Part shown: positions 11,048-24,687 of the stretch, one piece after another
How the letters are laid out: every line of letters starts with the position of its first letter
Numbering within the stretch: the first letter of the stretch is position 1
DNA from: Williopsis jadinii
Lineage: Eukaryota
Assembly: GCA_024346625.1 (NCBI GenBank)
Contig: AP024666.1
Location: 1,240,001-1,304,000, forward strand
DNA: 64,000 nucleotides
Reading direction: 5' to 3'
The notes under the pieces: generated by a model
Database searches by the model: none
Told to the model about the DNA's origin: nothing
What the model saw: only the letters and a program-made list of their open reading frames with translations
Translations under genes and position numbers: made by a program

Positions 11048-12532
11048 TCATAGGTACCCTGCTCGTAGGAATTCATTGAAGCTCATGGTTGATTGATCAT
11101 CCCTCTGGTGACAACTGGAGGACTCGTGCTCACAGTTTACAGTATCGTGATGGCCATTTTCGCTATATCCATCTAGCTCGGATACATTATCTCTCAGCGT
11201 TGTCAGTGAAAGTGGTTTAGGTAAGGATGAACCTGCTCCTTTCCATAACGGTTGATTTAATGAATCACCGTTAGAAGCGTGGCGTATCTTGACAGATTTC
11301 AACTCATTTGGTTCTTCTGCAGTGTCTGTTTGAGTTGTTTCCTCCTGTGAACTGTTAACACCAACCACATCATGGAATAAACAGTGCTCTGAACCATTGG
11401 CTTGACTTTTCAAACGCTTTTCCGTCATTCGCCATGGCTTTTCACATACCAAGAAGATGATCGTGATTACAGTACAGCTCAGTGGAGCTGCAATTACGAC
11501 GATGATATCCAAACCAAACGGTCGAGAAACACCATGGCGATTTGCAACATAGTTCCAGATTTGAGCAATGAGCGGAACTGTCCAGACAAGAAGGTAGCCC
11601 AACGGATACAGTGCCAGAATATTCAGCTCTTTAATGATACTCCTTTGACGCTTTGCATCATCTGGTGCGGTGAGGTCCATCAATTCCCGTTGTAATTCTC
11701 CTGGAAAGTCAACCTGCTCTCCAGTCTGTTGTGGACATCTGTTAAACACCTCATTTCTTTGCTTGTTAATTTTGTACAAGCTAAAGCTCATATAGATTGA
11801 TATGGCCAAGTATGCCAATATGATAAGCACAGTGTTGAAGTATTTAAACCCGTAAACTATGACTATCCTCTTCCACGCAGGCTCAATTGGAAGATTGCAC
11901 AAGCCTTGGTCTGTTGAATCTTGACCGTTGACAGAAGCCAAGCCTGGTAGACCAGCGCCCAGCAGAAATATAACAATGAGGATACAGTGTCTATATGAGT
12001 AAAGTCCACCGTCATAAACAATTTCTCTTTCCGGTGGATCATTATAACGTAAACCCTTTTTGAAGATGCTTCTTCTAAAGGTCAAAATCATGTACACGTT
12101 CTTGGAAAGAGCCTTGATTGAAGGCACTTTAACAACATACCTCTTGATCGTTGAAGGATAGAAAATCACCAAGAGGAAATGGATAGCCAATACAGTTATC
12201 AGCAAATCAGAGAAGATTGAAATTGTAGAGAACAAGTATTGAAACACTCTGCAAAAGCCTCCTTCAACGTTTGAGTACATGTGCAGGGTCTTTGTAGCCA
12301 GTATCACTGTTAACAGTGACCTAATGAAATCGCACAATATCAGCAAGAAGAAAACCCTTAGTCTGAACAGCACCCTTCTTAAATATGCCATTCTTAGCCA
12401 AAGAGTTATCCCAACAGCACCCACAACTATACTAAGGCACGAAACAGAGAGCTGACAGCTCTTAATTGTCAATATCTCTTGCCTCGTGTACTCCCTATGG
12501 GTTCTCTTGACGTGAATTGAAACCATCGACAT
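11048..12532 (-). CDS. Gpr1/Git3-family G-protein-coupled receptor (divergent)
   Basis: About 7 hydrophobic segments. Git3-like motifs GFC...SDLLITVLAIH, GGLYSYR, CNLPIEPAWKRI and LYPLGYLLVWTVP. Confidence 0.75.
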   Translation of the reverse strand: MSMVSIHVKRTHREYTRQEILTIKSCQLSVSCLSIVVGAVGITLWLRMAYLRRVLFRLRVFFLLILCDFIRSLLTVILATKTLHMYSNVEGGFCRVFQYLFSTISIFSDLLITVLAIHFLLVIFYPSTIKRYVVKVPSIKALSKNVYMILTFRRSIFKKGLRYNDPPEREIVYDGGLYSYRHCILIVIFLLGAGLPGLASVNGQDSTDQGLCNLPIEPAWKRIVIVYGFKYFNTVLIILAYLAISIYMSFSLYKINKQRNEVFNRCPQQTGEQVDFPGELQRELMDLTAPDDAKRQRSIIKELNILALYPLGYLLVWTVPLIAQIWNYVANRHGVSRPFGLDIIVVIAAPLSCTVITIIFLVCEKPWRMTEKRLKSQANGSEHCLFHDVVGVNSSQEETTQTDTAEEPNELKSVKIRHASNGDSLNQPLWKGAGSSLPKPLSLTTLRDNVSELDGYSENGHHDTVNCEHESSSCHQRDDQSTMSFNEFLRAGYL

Positions 12533-13554
12533 GTACTTGTGCTATATGATAAAATGTTTCTATTCGGACTGTGTAATGTTGAAAGGCCAATCAGAGTGTA
12601 GCCTATGGTTTCATAAGGTACATTTTGTGGGTATCCTAGACGACACCAACCAGTTTATCTATTAGTGGAGGGGGGTTTAAACTCATAATTAGAGCTTGGT
12701 TATTTCTTAGTCGTTTTTGCGAAACTATAGACTCAAAAGCCAGCTTGTGAGGTGGATAATTTCATCTATCAAACCTACCAAAACAAAATAAAGCAACAGT
12801 GATCTGCACTGATGAATACAAAATGTGTCAAATAAGCTCAATGTCCCTTGACACTACCGGGGGGGGGGTTTCCTCCTCGAAGTGAAGGACTTTAACGTGA
12901 TCACGATCCAGATTATTGTCTGGGATCATGGCCAGTGCTGGCTGTGATCGTTGATCCATTCGCCGTGTGGCTCTATCTCAACCAGCTGGTCATCACCAGT
13001 CCATGACCATAGTCAGAACCTCACCGCGGTTACGAACGCCCCACGTAGAGCGTGGTCTCCAGTCTGGGAAATCTTTCTGACAACCTTTTGCATGCAAACA
13101 CAACTCTAAAAAGCCCTGGGCCAAATAAGGCAACATTGCTATCGTGTATCACAGTTACTAGGAGCTTCACCATTAACCACCGAACCAGCACATATGGAGT
13201 AGTGCCCAAGGAAAATAAGGTTATCGGGAAGCAGAGTCAAAGGAGCTATATGTGTAATCCCCACCAGTTGCACAGAAAGTGGGACCAATTCTGGATCCAG
13301 AATCGTGGGGCCAACTCCGTGGGAAAATTACTACATGCAGAGGAGCAGCCACCCGCGTTACCCTACTGCAGAGTGCTCTAAAGTTGGACGCGGAAAGGAA
13401 CAGGCGGTAACGGGTGGCGCCAGTCTACTGGTCACACAGGTCACAGGCTCAGTCTGGCTAATCTCTACGATCACTGGCATACACCTGCTCTGGTGACTAA
13501 AGCCAAAAAAAGGAGCACACCATTTCCCAACAGACAGTAAAAACTACACAAAGG

Positions 13555-13581
13555 CACACACACACACACACACACACACAC
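13555..13581. repeat. (CA)n microsatellite
   Basis: About 13 CA units in the GPCR/bZIP divergent intergenic region. Confidence 0.9.
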
Positions 13582-14048
13582 GCCAGCAGCTCTAGAGGTG
13601 GCCAGTTTTTTAAGTTACACTGTAATCCGAACTGCACAGCATCCAAGTATTCAGGGTCTTTGCCACCACTCACTCTGGACAGGAAATCAAAGAAATAATA
13701 CACACAAAAAATATTCTTGTGAAAGCTGTGGTGACTTAGTTTCGTTCGCAATTCAGCCACTCGGTTTCTTTCATAGTTCCAGTGCTGTCACACTCAATTT
13801 CGCAACGAATTCAATCCATCGTGCAAACTTCCGTCAGGGAGATTCCTTTTCTGTTTCAATAAAAGTCGAAGGCTTGAGGACACTTTTCTGTATAGCGTGG
13901 AGAACCGTGCTGTTGAAATACGTACTCAAGAGGGATAAAGATCTCGTTCTTGATAACTACACACATCTCTGGCTGAACACATAGTCTGCTCGTTAATAGC
14001 TGGCTTTGAAACCTGAGACAGAAAATCGCAAAAAGTCATACCTAGGCC

Positions 14049-14921
14049 ATGAGCTATACATACGGCGACGGACACTTCAACAGAGGTGCTACACATGATA
14101 TTGGGACGCCCGGATGGGCACAAACAACCGGCTCGTTCTCTCAGGAGGACCACAGTGATTATCTACAACCTTCGGGACCAAGTCTAACGTCGCATAATTT
14201 GTTGTTGAACGTGACAAAAGAGGAGTGTGATTTGTTGGATCCACAGCGTTCTCTACAGCACGAGTTACTCATGAATGGAATTCAAGTTGTAAAGACTGAA
14301 GGCGACGTTATGGCACCCAGTTTTGCGATGAGTACGGGGTCTGACAAGTCAAGCCCATCGATAAAGTTGGGTAATGACGATAGCTACGGGAACAACAACA
14401 TATATTCGGGTTCTGAGCAAGATCTGGCGGCAAAGAGGAAAGCACAGAATAGAGCAGCCCAGAGGGCGTTCAGAGAACGTAAAGAGATGAAACTGAAAGA
14501 ACTCGAAGATAAGTTGACCAAATCGGAGACTGACAATGCAGAACTACAAAAGCAACTGGAGAAGTTACAGAAGCAGAACATTGTAATATCCACGGAGAAC
14601 AAATTATTACAGAAGTCTGGAGGCAGCGCCGTATTATCAACGGTGGATCCTTCAACCTCTTCATTCTCATTTCCTAGTGAAGAGCCACTGCTAGGAAAGT
14701 ATTACAAATCTGAGAAACAACTACAAAACCCTCAAATACCTTATGAATCTAAGAGATTGACGATTCCTGAAACCTGGGAATATCTCATGGAGAAAGACGA
14801 CCCAAGAATAAACATCGATGATGTTCTAGAAAGGGTAAAGGGACTTGAAGTTTGTCATAGACATGGACCTGCTTATCCTCTTAGTCTCATTGATGACATC
14901 ATTAGGGAATACTTGGTATAG
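14049..14921 (+). CDS. Yap/AP-1-family bZIP transcription factor (Yap3/Fcr3-like)
   Basis: Basic region KRKAQNRAAQRAFRERKE and leucine zipper. C-terminal TWEYL...EVCHRHGPAY domain is typical of Yap3/Fcr3. Confidence 0.88.
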   Translation: MSYTYGDGHFNRGATHDIGTPGWAQTTGSFSQEDHSDYLQPSGPSLTSHNLLLNVTKEECDLLDPQRSLQHELLMNGIQVVKTEGDVMAPSFAMSTGSDKSSPSIKLGNDDSYGNNNIYSGSEQDLAAKRKAQNRAAQRAFRERKEMKLKELEDKLTKSETDNAELQKQLEKLQKQNIVISTENKLLQKSGGSAVLSTVDPSTSSFSFPSEEPLLGKYYKSEKQLQNPQIPYESKRLTIPETWEYLMEKDDPRINIDDVLERVKGLEVCHRHGPAYPLSLIDDIIREYLV

Positions 14922-15144
14922 AAATAAGAGCCATATACGAGGTTGACAAGAACTTAAAGCGAGGATTCTGCTTTTGATTCGTTTGATTAAACTGGAATTT
15001 GTCACTACGAGCCGTTACGATACCATGGGTCGGGAAGGACGAGACTGGTGATGTTTCAATCACTTTTTATGATAACAGTTTTATAATTATCATGCTTTTT
15101 TCTCTCTTGGGGTGTTTATCAGTAAAGGTCCATGTATTAGTGTA

Positions 15145-17494
15145 TTAATTTGTAGCACTATTTTCTGGGAAGGCATTCTCTAACCTCGTTACTAAAATGA
15201 TGAAGTCTGTGGTTTCCAACTCTCCAAAATATCTTAATCCTTCGACAAACCCACTCAAATGCTGTCCAAAACTTTCCAGGTAATCGTTTAGATAAGAATT
15301 GAGACGTTCCAATCTCCCCAAGTTCTTGTTATAATCAAAATCTTGACCTTTTAGTCTGTCGTTATACTTTTCAAATAGATCGTAGTCCAAAAGAATCAAA
15401 ACCTTTCTCAATGATAGAAGAAACGAACAATATGCATTGACAATTTGAATCAACTTGCTAAACATTTTGATCAACTTATCTGTTGTCAAAATAGAGCTCT
15501 TTAGAATACCGTTCAGATGCGATTGGAAGACAGCAACAAAGTCCTCAAAATGTTCAATCTTATCAATCTCACAATCAAGGACTTTACCGTTTTGATCAAT
15601 AATGTCATTCACAAGGAATGACATATATATTCTGATGAAATCCGTCATCCGATCGTGCAAGGATCTTGCTCTTTTAATCCATGTAGAGACTGGGGTACTG
15701 AATCGTTTGTACTTCCAAATTTTGTTCTTGTTAATTTCACACCAGGTCTCAGTCAATTGCCTATCAGTATAATGAAGCACCATCAAATGCCTGAATATTA
15801 ACTGGAATTGAATCACAGATGTTCTGGTAATGACCAAATTCAATGGGAATGGCAATATTACTTCCAGATTGAAATAGTTTATACCACAGAGAGTTTCGGA
15901 AGATCTATCGTCATTTGTAGGGTCCTTTTCAACGTCTAAAGTTTGTGAGATCAGATGCTTCAAAGATTCAAAATTGTTACTTTTAAGAGCCTGTTCAGCA
16001 TCAATAGCTTCAACTCTTAAAATTTCGAGAAGGTAATCATAAACAGACTCCTTCTCTAACGTAACATTCACTAATTGTCCAACCAAACTTTTATCATCGT
16101 CAAATATAGAAGTGAAGTTCCTTTCGAGTCTTGAGATCGATACATGGTCGTACCGTCTTTTAAGCTCATGTGCATTTGTGTGAATAAAATCCACCATCTT
16201 GGATGCATTGTCTAATAAGTAGTAATGTTGTAACGTCTTTAAAAAGCTTCTGAAGTTATAGCCTTGCATGAAAAGCTCAAGTATGTATCTGTTGGCAATG
16301 GAATACGTCTCGTCGATCACATAGTGCAAATTAGAGCTATCTAATGAGCTTAAAGTTATATCAGAGAATGAGTCCAACGTAACCCCACATTCCTTTAAGA
16401 CATTTAGATATTTTCCTGTAAGGAGGACTTTTGTCCGTATTTCACTATCTTCAAATTGTTTGGGAAGTCCGTCTTTCTTTATGACATATTTGGAATCCCA
16501 GTACTGTTCAGAGTTTAAGCTACTCACTTTGAAATCACGAGCAAGATTAGTCACAATGAAGAATTCATCATGCATATCGTTCAACTCCCCCTTAGTGATC
16601 CAGTCGTTGAGAATTTGAATATAACCGACACTGATGCTATTGGACAACTGTTTGAGGAATTCACTTGATTTGAGATCTCCAGATATTGTTTCAGTCTTCT
16701 CACTGATGATCTTGAGAACAAGACCACCTTTGACACTGTGGTGATGCGATGAGTCAGCTAACAAGTCAACAGATCCAGTTTGTCGTAAGTCTTGCCGTAT
16801 GTTATCAATGAAGTTATTAAAAGCTGACTCTTGGGTTTCTCTTCTTCTCAGTTCGTTCAGTTGGTATATGCTTTGTACAATGTCATAGAGATGTTGCATC
16901 TTATATGAGATATTTGCTTTGAGATCCTGCTCAAATTGCCTTAGTGTGAACGAACGGTTTGTCTTGAACTGCTGTTCCATCTGATCTAAAAAGTTGACGT
17001 AACTCTTCAAGAATTGTCGAACTTCCGACACTAGGGCATGTACAACCTGTCCATAAGATTCAGCCCCATACACCTCTGTAAAACAAACCAAGGACGAAAA
17101 CATGCGTGACATTGAAACCATTCTCTTTGTCACGTCTTTCAAGCTAGTGTCCAAATGCTTGTTGATTCTGTAATCAGGCCCCATCATTCTCATCTGCTCC
17201 ACGCTTGGATCGTACTTCTCAGAGAATCTAATGTAGCAGCCTTCAAGGCCCATAAGCACATACAATAAGTCCTTCACTATAAGCGACTCTTGAATACGAA
17301 CATCACGGATATCACCCATTGGGAATGGCTTAACATTCAAGTGTTCACAACATAGCGGCTGGAAATTCACGAGTCTGCCACACGACAGCGTCTGCTCATC
17401 TGCAAACTGCACAATGTCCTACATCATACGAACGTGTTAGTTTTACCTCTGCTACCAAAACACATACATCATTACTCACGTCAAACACGTCCAT
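15145..17494 (-). CDS. SPC97: Gamma-tubulin complex component Spc97/GCP2; 1 intron
   Basis: QESLIVKDLLYVLMGLEGCYI and LPFPLNLVITR motifs. Exon 1 17494-17480 (MDVFD); intron 17479-17419 (GTGAGT..ACTAAC..TAG); exon 2 continues in frame as DIVQFADE. Confidence 0.88.
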
Positions 17495-17762
17495 TGGTAG
17501 TCTTCTTGCCGTCCGTGGGTTAGTTGGTTTGTTTACAATGGAAAAAAAATACACAAAACAATAAATAAGTAAACAAAAAAGTAAACAAACAAATCGCAGA
17601 GAGCCAGGGAAAATTCGCGAACGAACAACAGCCCCCGTTGACATCCAAACACCACGGTCCCAGTTGTGGGTATCCAAACTCGAAAGGTCGCCACTTGTGA
17701 TGAGGAACAACAATGGTGGGAAGAGTTGAAGAACCAACAGTATACGGGATAGAAAGGATACA

Positions 17763-18599
17763 ATGTTTTTGACCAGATCGGAGTATGATCGTGGTGTTTC
17801 CACATTTTCACCAGAGGGACGTTTATTCCAAGTGGAATACTCCCTAGAGGCAATTAAAGTGAGTGTGTTTTACCGATGTTTATATGTCGAGCCTGGTATC
17901 GATAGCGTTCTTGGACTAACACAGTTTTAGCTTGGTTCCACTGCCATTGGTATTGCTACGTCTGAAGGTGTTGTTCTTGGTGTTGAGAAGAGGGTGACAT
18001 CCTCTCTGTTGGAGTCGTCATCCATTGAGAAGATCATCGAGATTGACTCCCACGTCGGTTGCGCCATGTCGGGGTTGACTGCCGATGCCAGATCCATGAT
18101 TGACCATGCCAGAGTGAGTTCCGTTAATCACAGTCTATACTACGATGAGCCAATCGGAATTGAGAGCCTGACACAATCTGTCGCCGATTTGGCCTTGAGG
18201 TTTGGTGAGGGTGCATCCGGCGAGGAACGTTTAATGTCGAGACCATTTGGTGTTGCCTTGCTCGTTGCAGGTGTCGATAAGGAGAAGGGACCTCAGTTAT
18301 ACCACACAGAACCATCCGGGACATTCTATAGATATGACGCCAAGGCGATCGGATCAGGTTCAGAAGGTGCCCAAGCAGAATTGCAAAATGAATATCACAG
18401 TTCGCTCACATTAAAAGAGGCAGAGGTTTTAATTCTCAAGATTCTGAAGCAGGTGATGGAAGAGAAGCTCGATGAAAATAACGTACAACTGAGCTCTGTC
18501 ACAGAGGCTGATGGTTTCAAGATTTATCCAAACGAAGTTACCGCAGATATTATTAAAGTCTTGAAAGAACAAGAAACTGATGAACCAATGCAGGGTTAG
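17763..18599 (+). CDS. PUP2: 20S proteasome alpha-5 subunit; 1 intron
   Basis: Exon 1 17763-17858 encodes [32 protein letters not shown]. Intron 17859-17930 (GTGAGT..ACTAAC..TAG). Exon 2 starts LGSTAIG. Confidence 0.97.
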
Positions 18600-18717
18600 T
18601 TGATTTTAGCTATTGGCTATAATGAACAACAATATCAATGACAAATAAGAAGAACGTTCTATTAAAAAGAAATAATTACATCGTCTTATAGTACAAACTG
18701 TGCTCTATCTAGAGACA

Positions 18718-20148
<1,431 letters not shown>

Positions 20149-20266
20149 TTACTTCTGTGTTGACGTTTTGGATCAACAAACATATTCGGTAGGGGACACA
20201 GAGCTACAAAGCGACGGAGCACAGCACAGTCGATGTTAACGCTGCCATTGTTGTTATTGATACGTA

Positions 20267-22195
20267 CTATATGAACCATTCATCATCACTCAAGTCAGTG
20301 GCCATTTCTAAGACAGCCTTCTCTGCCTGTTTTTGGACCTCTGCTAGTCCGCTTAGTTCTTCGATGTAGTTTGAGTCGTTGAGAGCACTAGAGACAAAGT
20401 CCCAGCCGAGATCTCTGTATGCGTCCAGCACCGGCTTGGAGCAAGCAGAGCAGAATTCGTAGGCTGGTGCATGTAACTTCATCGTCTGGAAGCTGCTGAG
20501 GAACCCGCGTAGCTGATGCGGCAACTCACCGAGGATCGTAGTGGCATCGGAACCGGCACGGTGCTTATCAGGGTGTTGTAAGATGGACACCAAGAGCTCA
20601 GCTCCAAGAGCTGCAGCCATTGGCGCAACACCTGGACGTGTGACAGTACACATCTGGTCCAGTGTTCTATCAGTGAGACTGTCCGTGGGGGCGACAACAT
20701 CGTTACAAAAGTAGCATCCTAGACCCCCACAGACACCGTGTCTCATCACCAAGTAGGAGTCGAAGCCAAGGGCACAGTTGATGACAGTTTTCTCCTTCAC
20801 ATTTGCAATCACTGTAGGCAGCCATCTGGTTTCACGAGAATCCGTTAACAGAAAGATGGCATCGTGATCTTCGATGAGTTTATCCAAAGTCTCCATATCG
20901 GCTTTTTGCTTCTGCTCGTTAGTTACAGGATGGCCAGCCATGGGTATCTCTAGATCGATGCCCTTGGAGTTCACATTAGGAAATATTCTTTGGAGGGCAG
21001 TAGCAGCAGTGCCCGCTTTTGATTTCCCAACGTCTTCGAAGTTGAATAGAGGTTGACGGACTGGGTTGGAAAAGGATACTTTCCCGTTATCGACAAATGT
21101 GATCGTTCTTACTCCCCATCCCAATAGTGATCTGGCAACATAGCTTCCCAGGGTGCCGGACCCTAACAGTAACACCTTGACGTTCTTGACAACTTCCAAG
21201 TCAATCTCTGGAGCCACTCTCCATTTCATCAGCTTCAAGTTGAGATCAACAGATTGTTCTGCAAGCTTCACAGGGTCAATGAGTGCAGAGAGATCAGCCA
21301 GTTTCGGGCCCAGTTTACCTTGATTGGTACGTTCCCAGCCAGTTATCTTTGACGAACCTCCATCATCGTCGTGTTCCAATTCCAGTGTAAATGAGCTTCC
21401 AGAGATTCTGTAAATATCAACCGTCACTCTCTTGAATCCTCGAAGGGACAACAAGCTTAAAAAGTTCTGTAAGTGCTTTGATGGTTTGTTAGGGATCAAA
21501 CACGAGTCAACGAAGCCCACGTGGATGCTTGTTGTGCTTTCCGGGAGAGAAATCAGCTGTTCCAACGCTTGGGCGGTTCCATCCTTGATGATGAAGTGCC
21601 CTCTTTGGGTATAGTCCGAGCTCTTTACCCAGTCTCTGATGGATTCTGAAACCTCTTGAATAACATTGGTTGACTTAACTATCCAGTGAGAAGATATGGA
21701 AGGAAATGCAAACCAATAAAAGAACTTGAACTTCTTCAAATCTGCGAAGCAAATGATTTCGAAGCTGCTTAGCAGAGATGGATCCTCAATGGCATCACCA
21801 TTCTCCATGAGCTCTTGCAGGCGTGATCCGGCCTTCTTGAGGAATTGTGCCTTGTCTAGTCTTTTGAAATCCTCAATGGTGTTGAAGTTCGTTATATGGC
21901 CTGGAATCACAAGCACAGCGCCTTGTGAACTGTTATTGTCAGTTATCAATCTTTAAAGCACACTGGGATAACACCAAATCACTCACTATAAAGAGCCACA
22001 GCTCTCATCCCCGAAGCTCGAGTCTTCCACAGTAACAGCAGGATTCTCACCTTGTGGGGTGCTTGCAATATTGACAACTCCCGTTATCTTCTTTGCAGTT
22101 TCATCGAGTTTAAAGCTGTCCAGTTTCAATTTGGATAACTTTTGAAAGAAGCTCGCATCAGCAAACGACTGAATAGGAGAGAATGTGAGGTCCAT
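20267..22195 (-). CDS. ATG7: Autophagy E1-like enzyme Atg7; 1 intron
   Basis: LLLGSGTLG and catalytic DRTLDQMCTVTRPG. Exon 1 22195-21987; intron 21986-21930 (GTGAGT..ACTGAC..CAG) joins the two ORF-track pieces in frame (..SLY|SQGAV). Confidence 0.96.
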
Positions 22196-22460
22196 GGTGA
22201 TAATTTTGCCGTCAATTTAGTATAAATATTGTTTACGTTCTATTTAATTCCGTCTTTATGCGGTGATTTATATGTGTTTCATTTTTTGGCGGGGGGGGGG
22301 GGCTCTCCTTGCGGGCAAAAACACACTCTACAGATATAAAACGATTAACATAGAGAAGCAATACAAATAAATGATATATTTAGGTGTAAACGTAGATAAA
22401 ATAGACGAGAAATATCATTACTTTATATTACTATGTGATCTCAAGATGAAAGGACCGTGA

Positions 22461-23978
22461 TTACTCTAAGGTCATGTCATCCAATTCGTCAAGGAGCTCA
22501 TCGATATCAACAGCTGGTGCATCCTCATCCTCATCCTCATCCATTTCATCCTCGTTCTTGTAAGTGACGGCATTTGTATCCTTGTACAAATGAATTGCTC
22601 CTCTGAGCTCCTGATCTTCTTCCAATTCTTGTAAGAAGACTTCGTAGTCTCTCTCTGCACGTTCTTGTTCTTGTCTTGCTGCACGGGATTCATCATTGGC
22701 AACGATGTCCGCATGCTCCTTGGCCATTCTCTTCAACTTCCAGTGTCTGCTCTTCTTACTCTTTCTAACGTAGTGCTTCTTGATGAGGACAACGTCTGGA
22801 ACAGTGTTTGGGTCCAAGTCATCCCACAGCTCGGAGTTATAGTTGGAATTCACAGTGTAGTAACCCATGGCAGAATCACCAGGGTGTAAGATACCACCCA
22901 GATGGGATCTGACGTAGTATTCTTTGTCGTTGACACCCAAGTCTGAAGCACGGGCCACTGTGATGTCTGCCAAAACGTACTTACCTCTAACGAGTCCCGT
23001 TGGTTCGACATCCAACACGATGAATTCGATAAGCTGAGAAATATCAGAAAGGGAAGTGAACGGCTTCTTCCAAAAGACACTTGGGTTCAATTCACCAGAT
23101 TTCAAAGTTGTAACATCCATGAATTGAACTGTGTTTGAAACTTTCGAACAGATGACAACACGGTTTAAACTTCCCAACGATTGCGCAATCTTCTTTGGAA
23201 GAATCACCAAATCATCCCTACAGATTGGGACAATCTCCACAGAGAAGGTGAACTTATAAGTACTTGAGCCTGTGTGCGTATCCTGCGACACCAGTTCCTT
23301 AGAATCCTTTGACTTGATTGGTGCCACTGACGATAGGAAATCAATCATCTTGATGGCATGCGATCTATTGGCATAAAAGAAATCCAATCCATCCTTTGAT
23401 TCCTGAATAGAAATAGTATCAACATGAGCATTGTGTCTAAGAATAAGTTGTTCCAAATAGAGGAAAGTTCTCTTGTGTGAAACTTTCTGTCTAATCTGAA
23501 CAGCAGCTCTCCATGTGTTGACGGTGTAGGATCTGGCACAGTCGGCACATTGCATGGCAATCACCACATATTCAACCTCAAAACTCTGCTGGATGATGGT
23601 GTTAGCCATAGCTTCACCTTGAACAGTAAGCTTGACCTTGATACGACGAGAATGTGGTTCAGTCCAGATAAACGACGCATCGATGAGCCTCACTTTGTTC
23701 AAACCTTTCAACCTTCTAAGACACAGCGCTAGCAGTTCACGGGACTCAAGCTCTGCCCTGATCCACTGACCTGGAGGTTGTAAGAATCTTTCACAGTTTC
23801 TGCAGAAGGAAACGTTGGCTTCACGAGGAATACCTTCTGTGATATCCACGGTGAGTTTAATACAGTCATAACACATCACTAAGCCGGTGGACCCATCCAT
23901 CGGCACACCACAGTTACAACATAGCACTGTGGCAGCGTTCTGGTGGTCATGCGAATGGTCTAATGGCATATAAGACAT
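22461..23978 (-). CDS. NMD3: 60S ribosomal export adaptor Nmd3
   Basis: Zn-binding CCNCG..CYDC, WTEPHSRRIKVK and C-terminal NES IDELLDELDDMTL. First ATG at 23978. Confidence 0.97.
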   Translation of the reverse strand: MSYMPLDHSHDHQNAATVLCCNCGVPMDGSTGLVMCYDCIKLTVDITEGIPREANVSFCRNCERFLQPPGQWIRAELESRELLALCLRRLKGLNKVRLIDASFIWTEPHSRRIKVKLTVQGEAMANTIIQQSFEVEYVVIAMQCADCARSYTVNTWRAAVQIRQKVSHKRTFLYLEQLILRHNAHVDTISIQESKDGLDFFYANRSHAIKMIDFLSSVAPIKSKDSKELVSQDTHTGSSTYKFTFSVEIVPICRDDLVILPKKIAQSLGSLNRVVICSKVSNTVQFMDVTTLKSGELNPSVFWKKPFTSLSDISQLIEFIVLDVEPTGLVRGKYVLADITVARASDLGVNDKEYYVRSHLGGILHPGDSAMGYYTVNSNYNSELWDDLDPNTVPDVVLIKKHYVRKSKKSRHWKLKRMAKEHADIVANDESRAARQEQERAERDYEVFLQELEEDQELRGAIHLYKDTNAVTYKNEDEMDEDEDEDAPAVDIDELLDELDDMTLE

Positions 23979-24052
23979 CCTTTCAAGTATGAGCTGTGGT
24001 TCCAAGATGTGTGCTATATGTCTTGTGTATTAGTCCCAAAAAGTTTTCGCTT

Positions 24053-24091
24053 TGAAATTTTTTTTTGGTGCTTCACAGCTTATGCGATGAG
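24053..24091. promoter_or_regulatory. RRPE (TGAAATTTTT) and PAC (GCGATGAG) ribosome-biogenesis elements upstream of NMD3
   Basis: Both motifs are present. Similar pairs occur upstream of SDA1 (about 26738-26765) and DBP8 (about 31942-31965). Confidence 0.7.
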
Positions 24092-24240
24092 GACCGTTTT
24101 ATTCGCAAGGGGCAACACTCCCTGGATCTCCACAGTTACGACACAACGCTAGTATTTCATCCCACAGTTTAGAAACACTTGCCTTTTGTTTCTATGACGA
24201 CAGCTCCACTGGTTAAAACAGGTGCTTGAGATCAACAAAG

Positions 24241-24687
24241 ATGGCGTTGTTATCGCTGTTCAGCTCAGAAGGTGTACCAATCACAACGTCTCTTCCAAGG
24301 GACTGTCTGCAGGCAGAGCGTTCTGCGCTGCTGCTGTGCAAGTTTGGCGCTGTGCTATGCCTTTTGAGCTTTGCTGTGGTTCTGGACTTTAGACTGAACA
24401 CGGGGGATGATAGCGGCGATGGTGATGGCAATGACGGTGGTAGTGGTGGGGACGATGGCTTGGGGCCTGTTAACAGAGACGTCTTTGCCATGGTCATTGG
24501 CACGATCTTCTTTGTCCTATCAATATGCTCGTTGACGTTGGGACTGTACAACTACTTCCACAGCATACGACTCTACCTGACACAGCACAGATCCGTTGTG
24601 AAGAAGATGCCTATAAACCTGTTCGTCTCCATTCTGGTGGTGACCTTGCTGAGCTTGAACATTGCGCTTCTAGTGGATATGTACTGA
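24241..24687 (+). CDS. DUF202/Vtc1-like small 3-TM membrane protein
   Basis: RDCLQAERSALLLCKFG resembles the DUF202 RDxLAxERTxL motif. Three hydrophobic helices and a Gly/Asp-rich loop. Confidence 0.65.
   Translation: MALLSLFSSEGVPITTSLPRDCLQAERSALLLCKFGAVLCLLSFAVVLDFRLNTGDDSGDGDGNDGGSGGDDGLGPVNRDVFAMVIGTIFFVLSICSLTLGLYNYFHSIRLYLTQHRSVVKKMPINLFVSILVVTLLSLNIALLVDMY

Noticed and set aside
21986..22195. ATG7 (also DBP8, PUP2, RNA15) looking split or pseudogenised in the ORF track
   Set aside because: Consensus introns restore full in-frame proteins.
22291..22302. G12 run upstream of ATG7 (and G10 at 12859-12868) as G-quadruplex or phase-variation switch
   Set aside because: Single non-coding homopolymers with no supporting context; at most nucleosome-disfavouring tracts.
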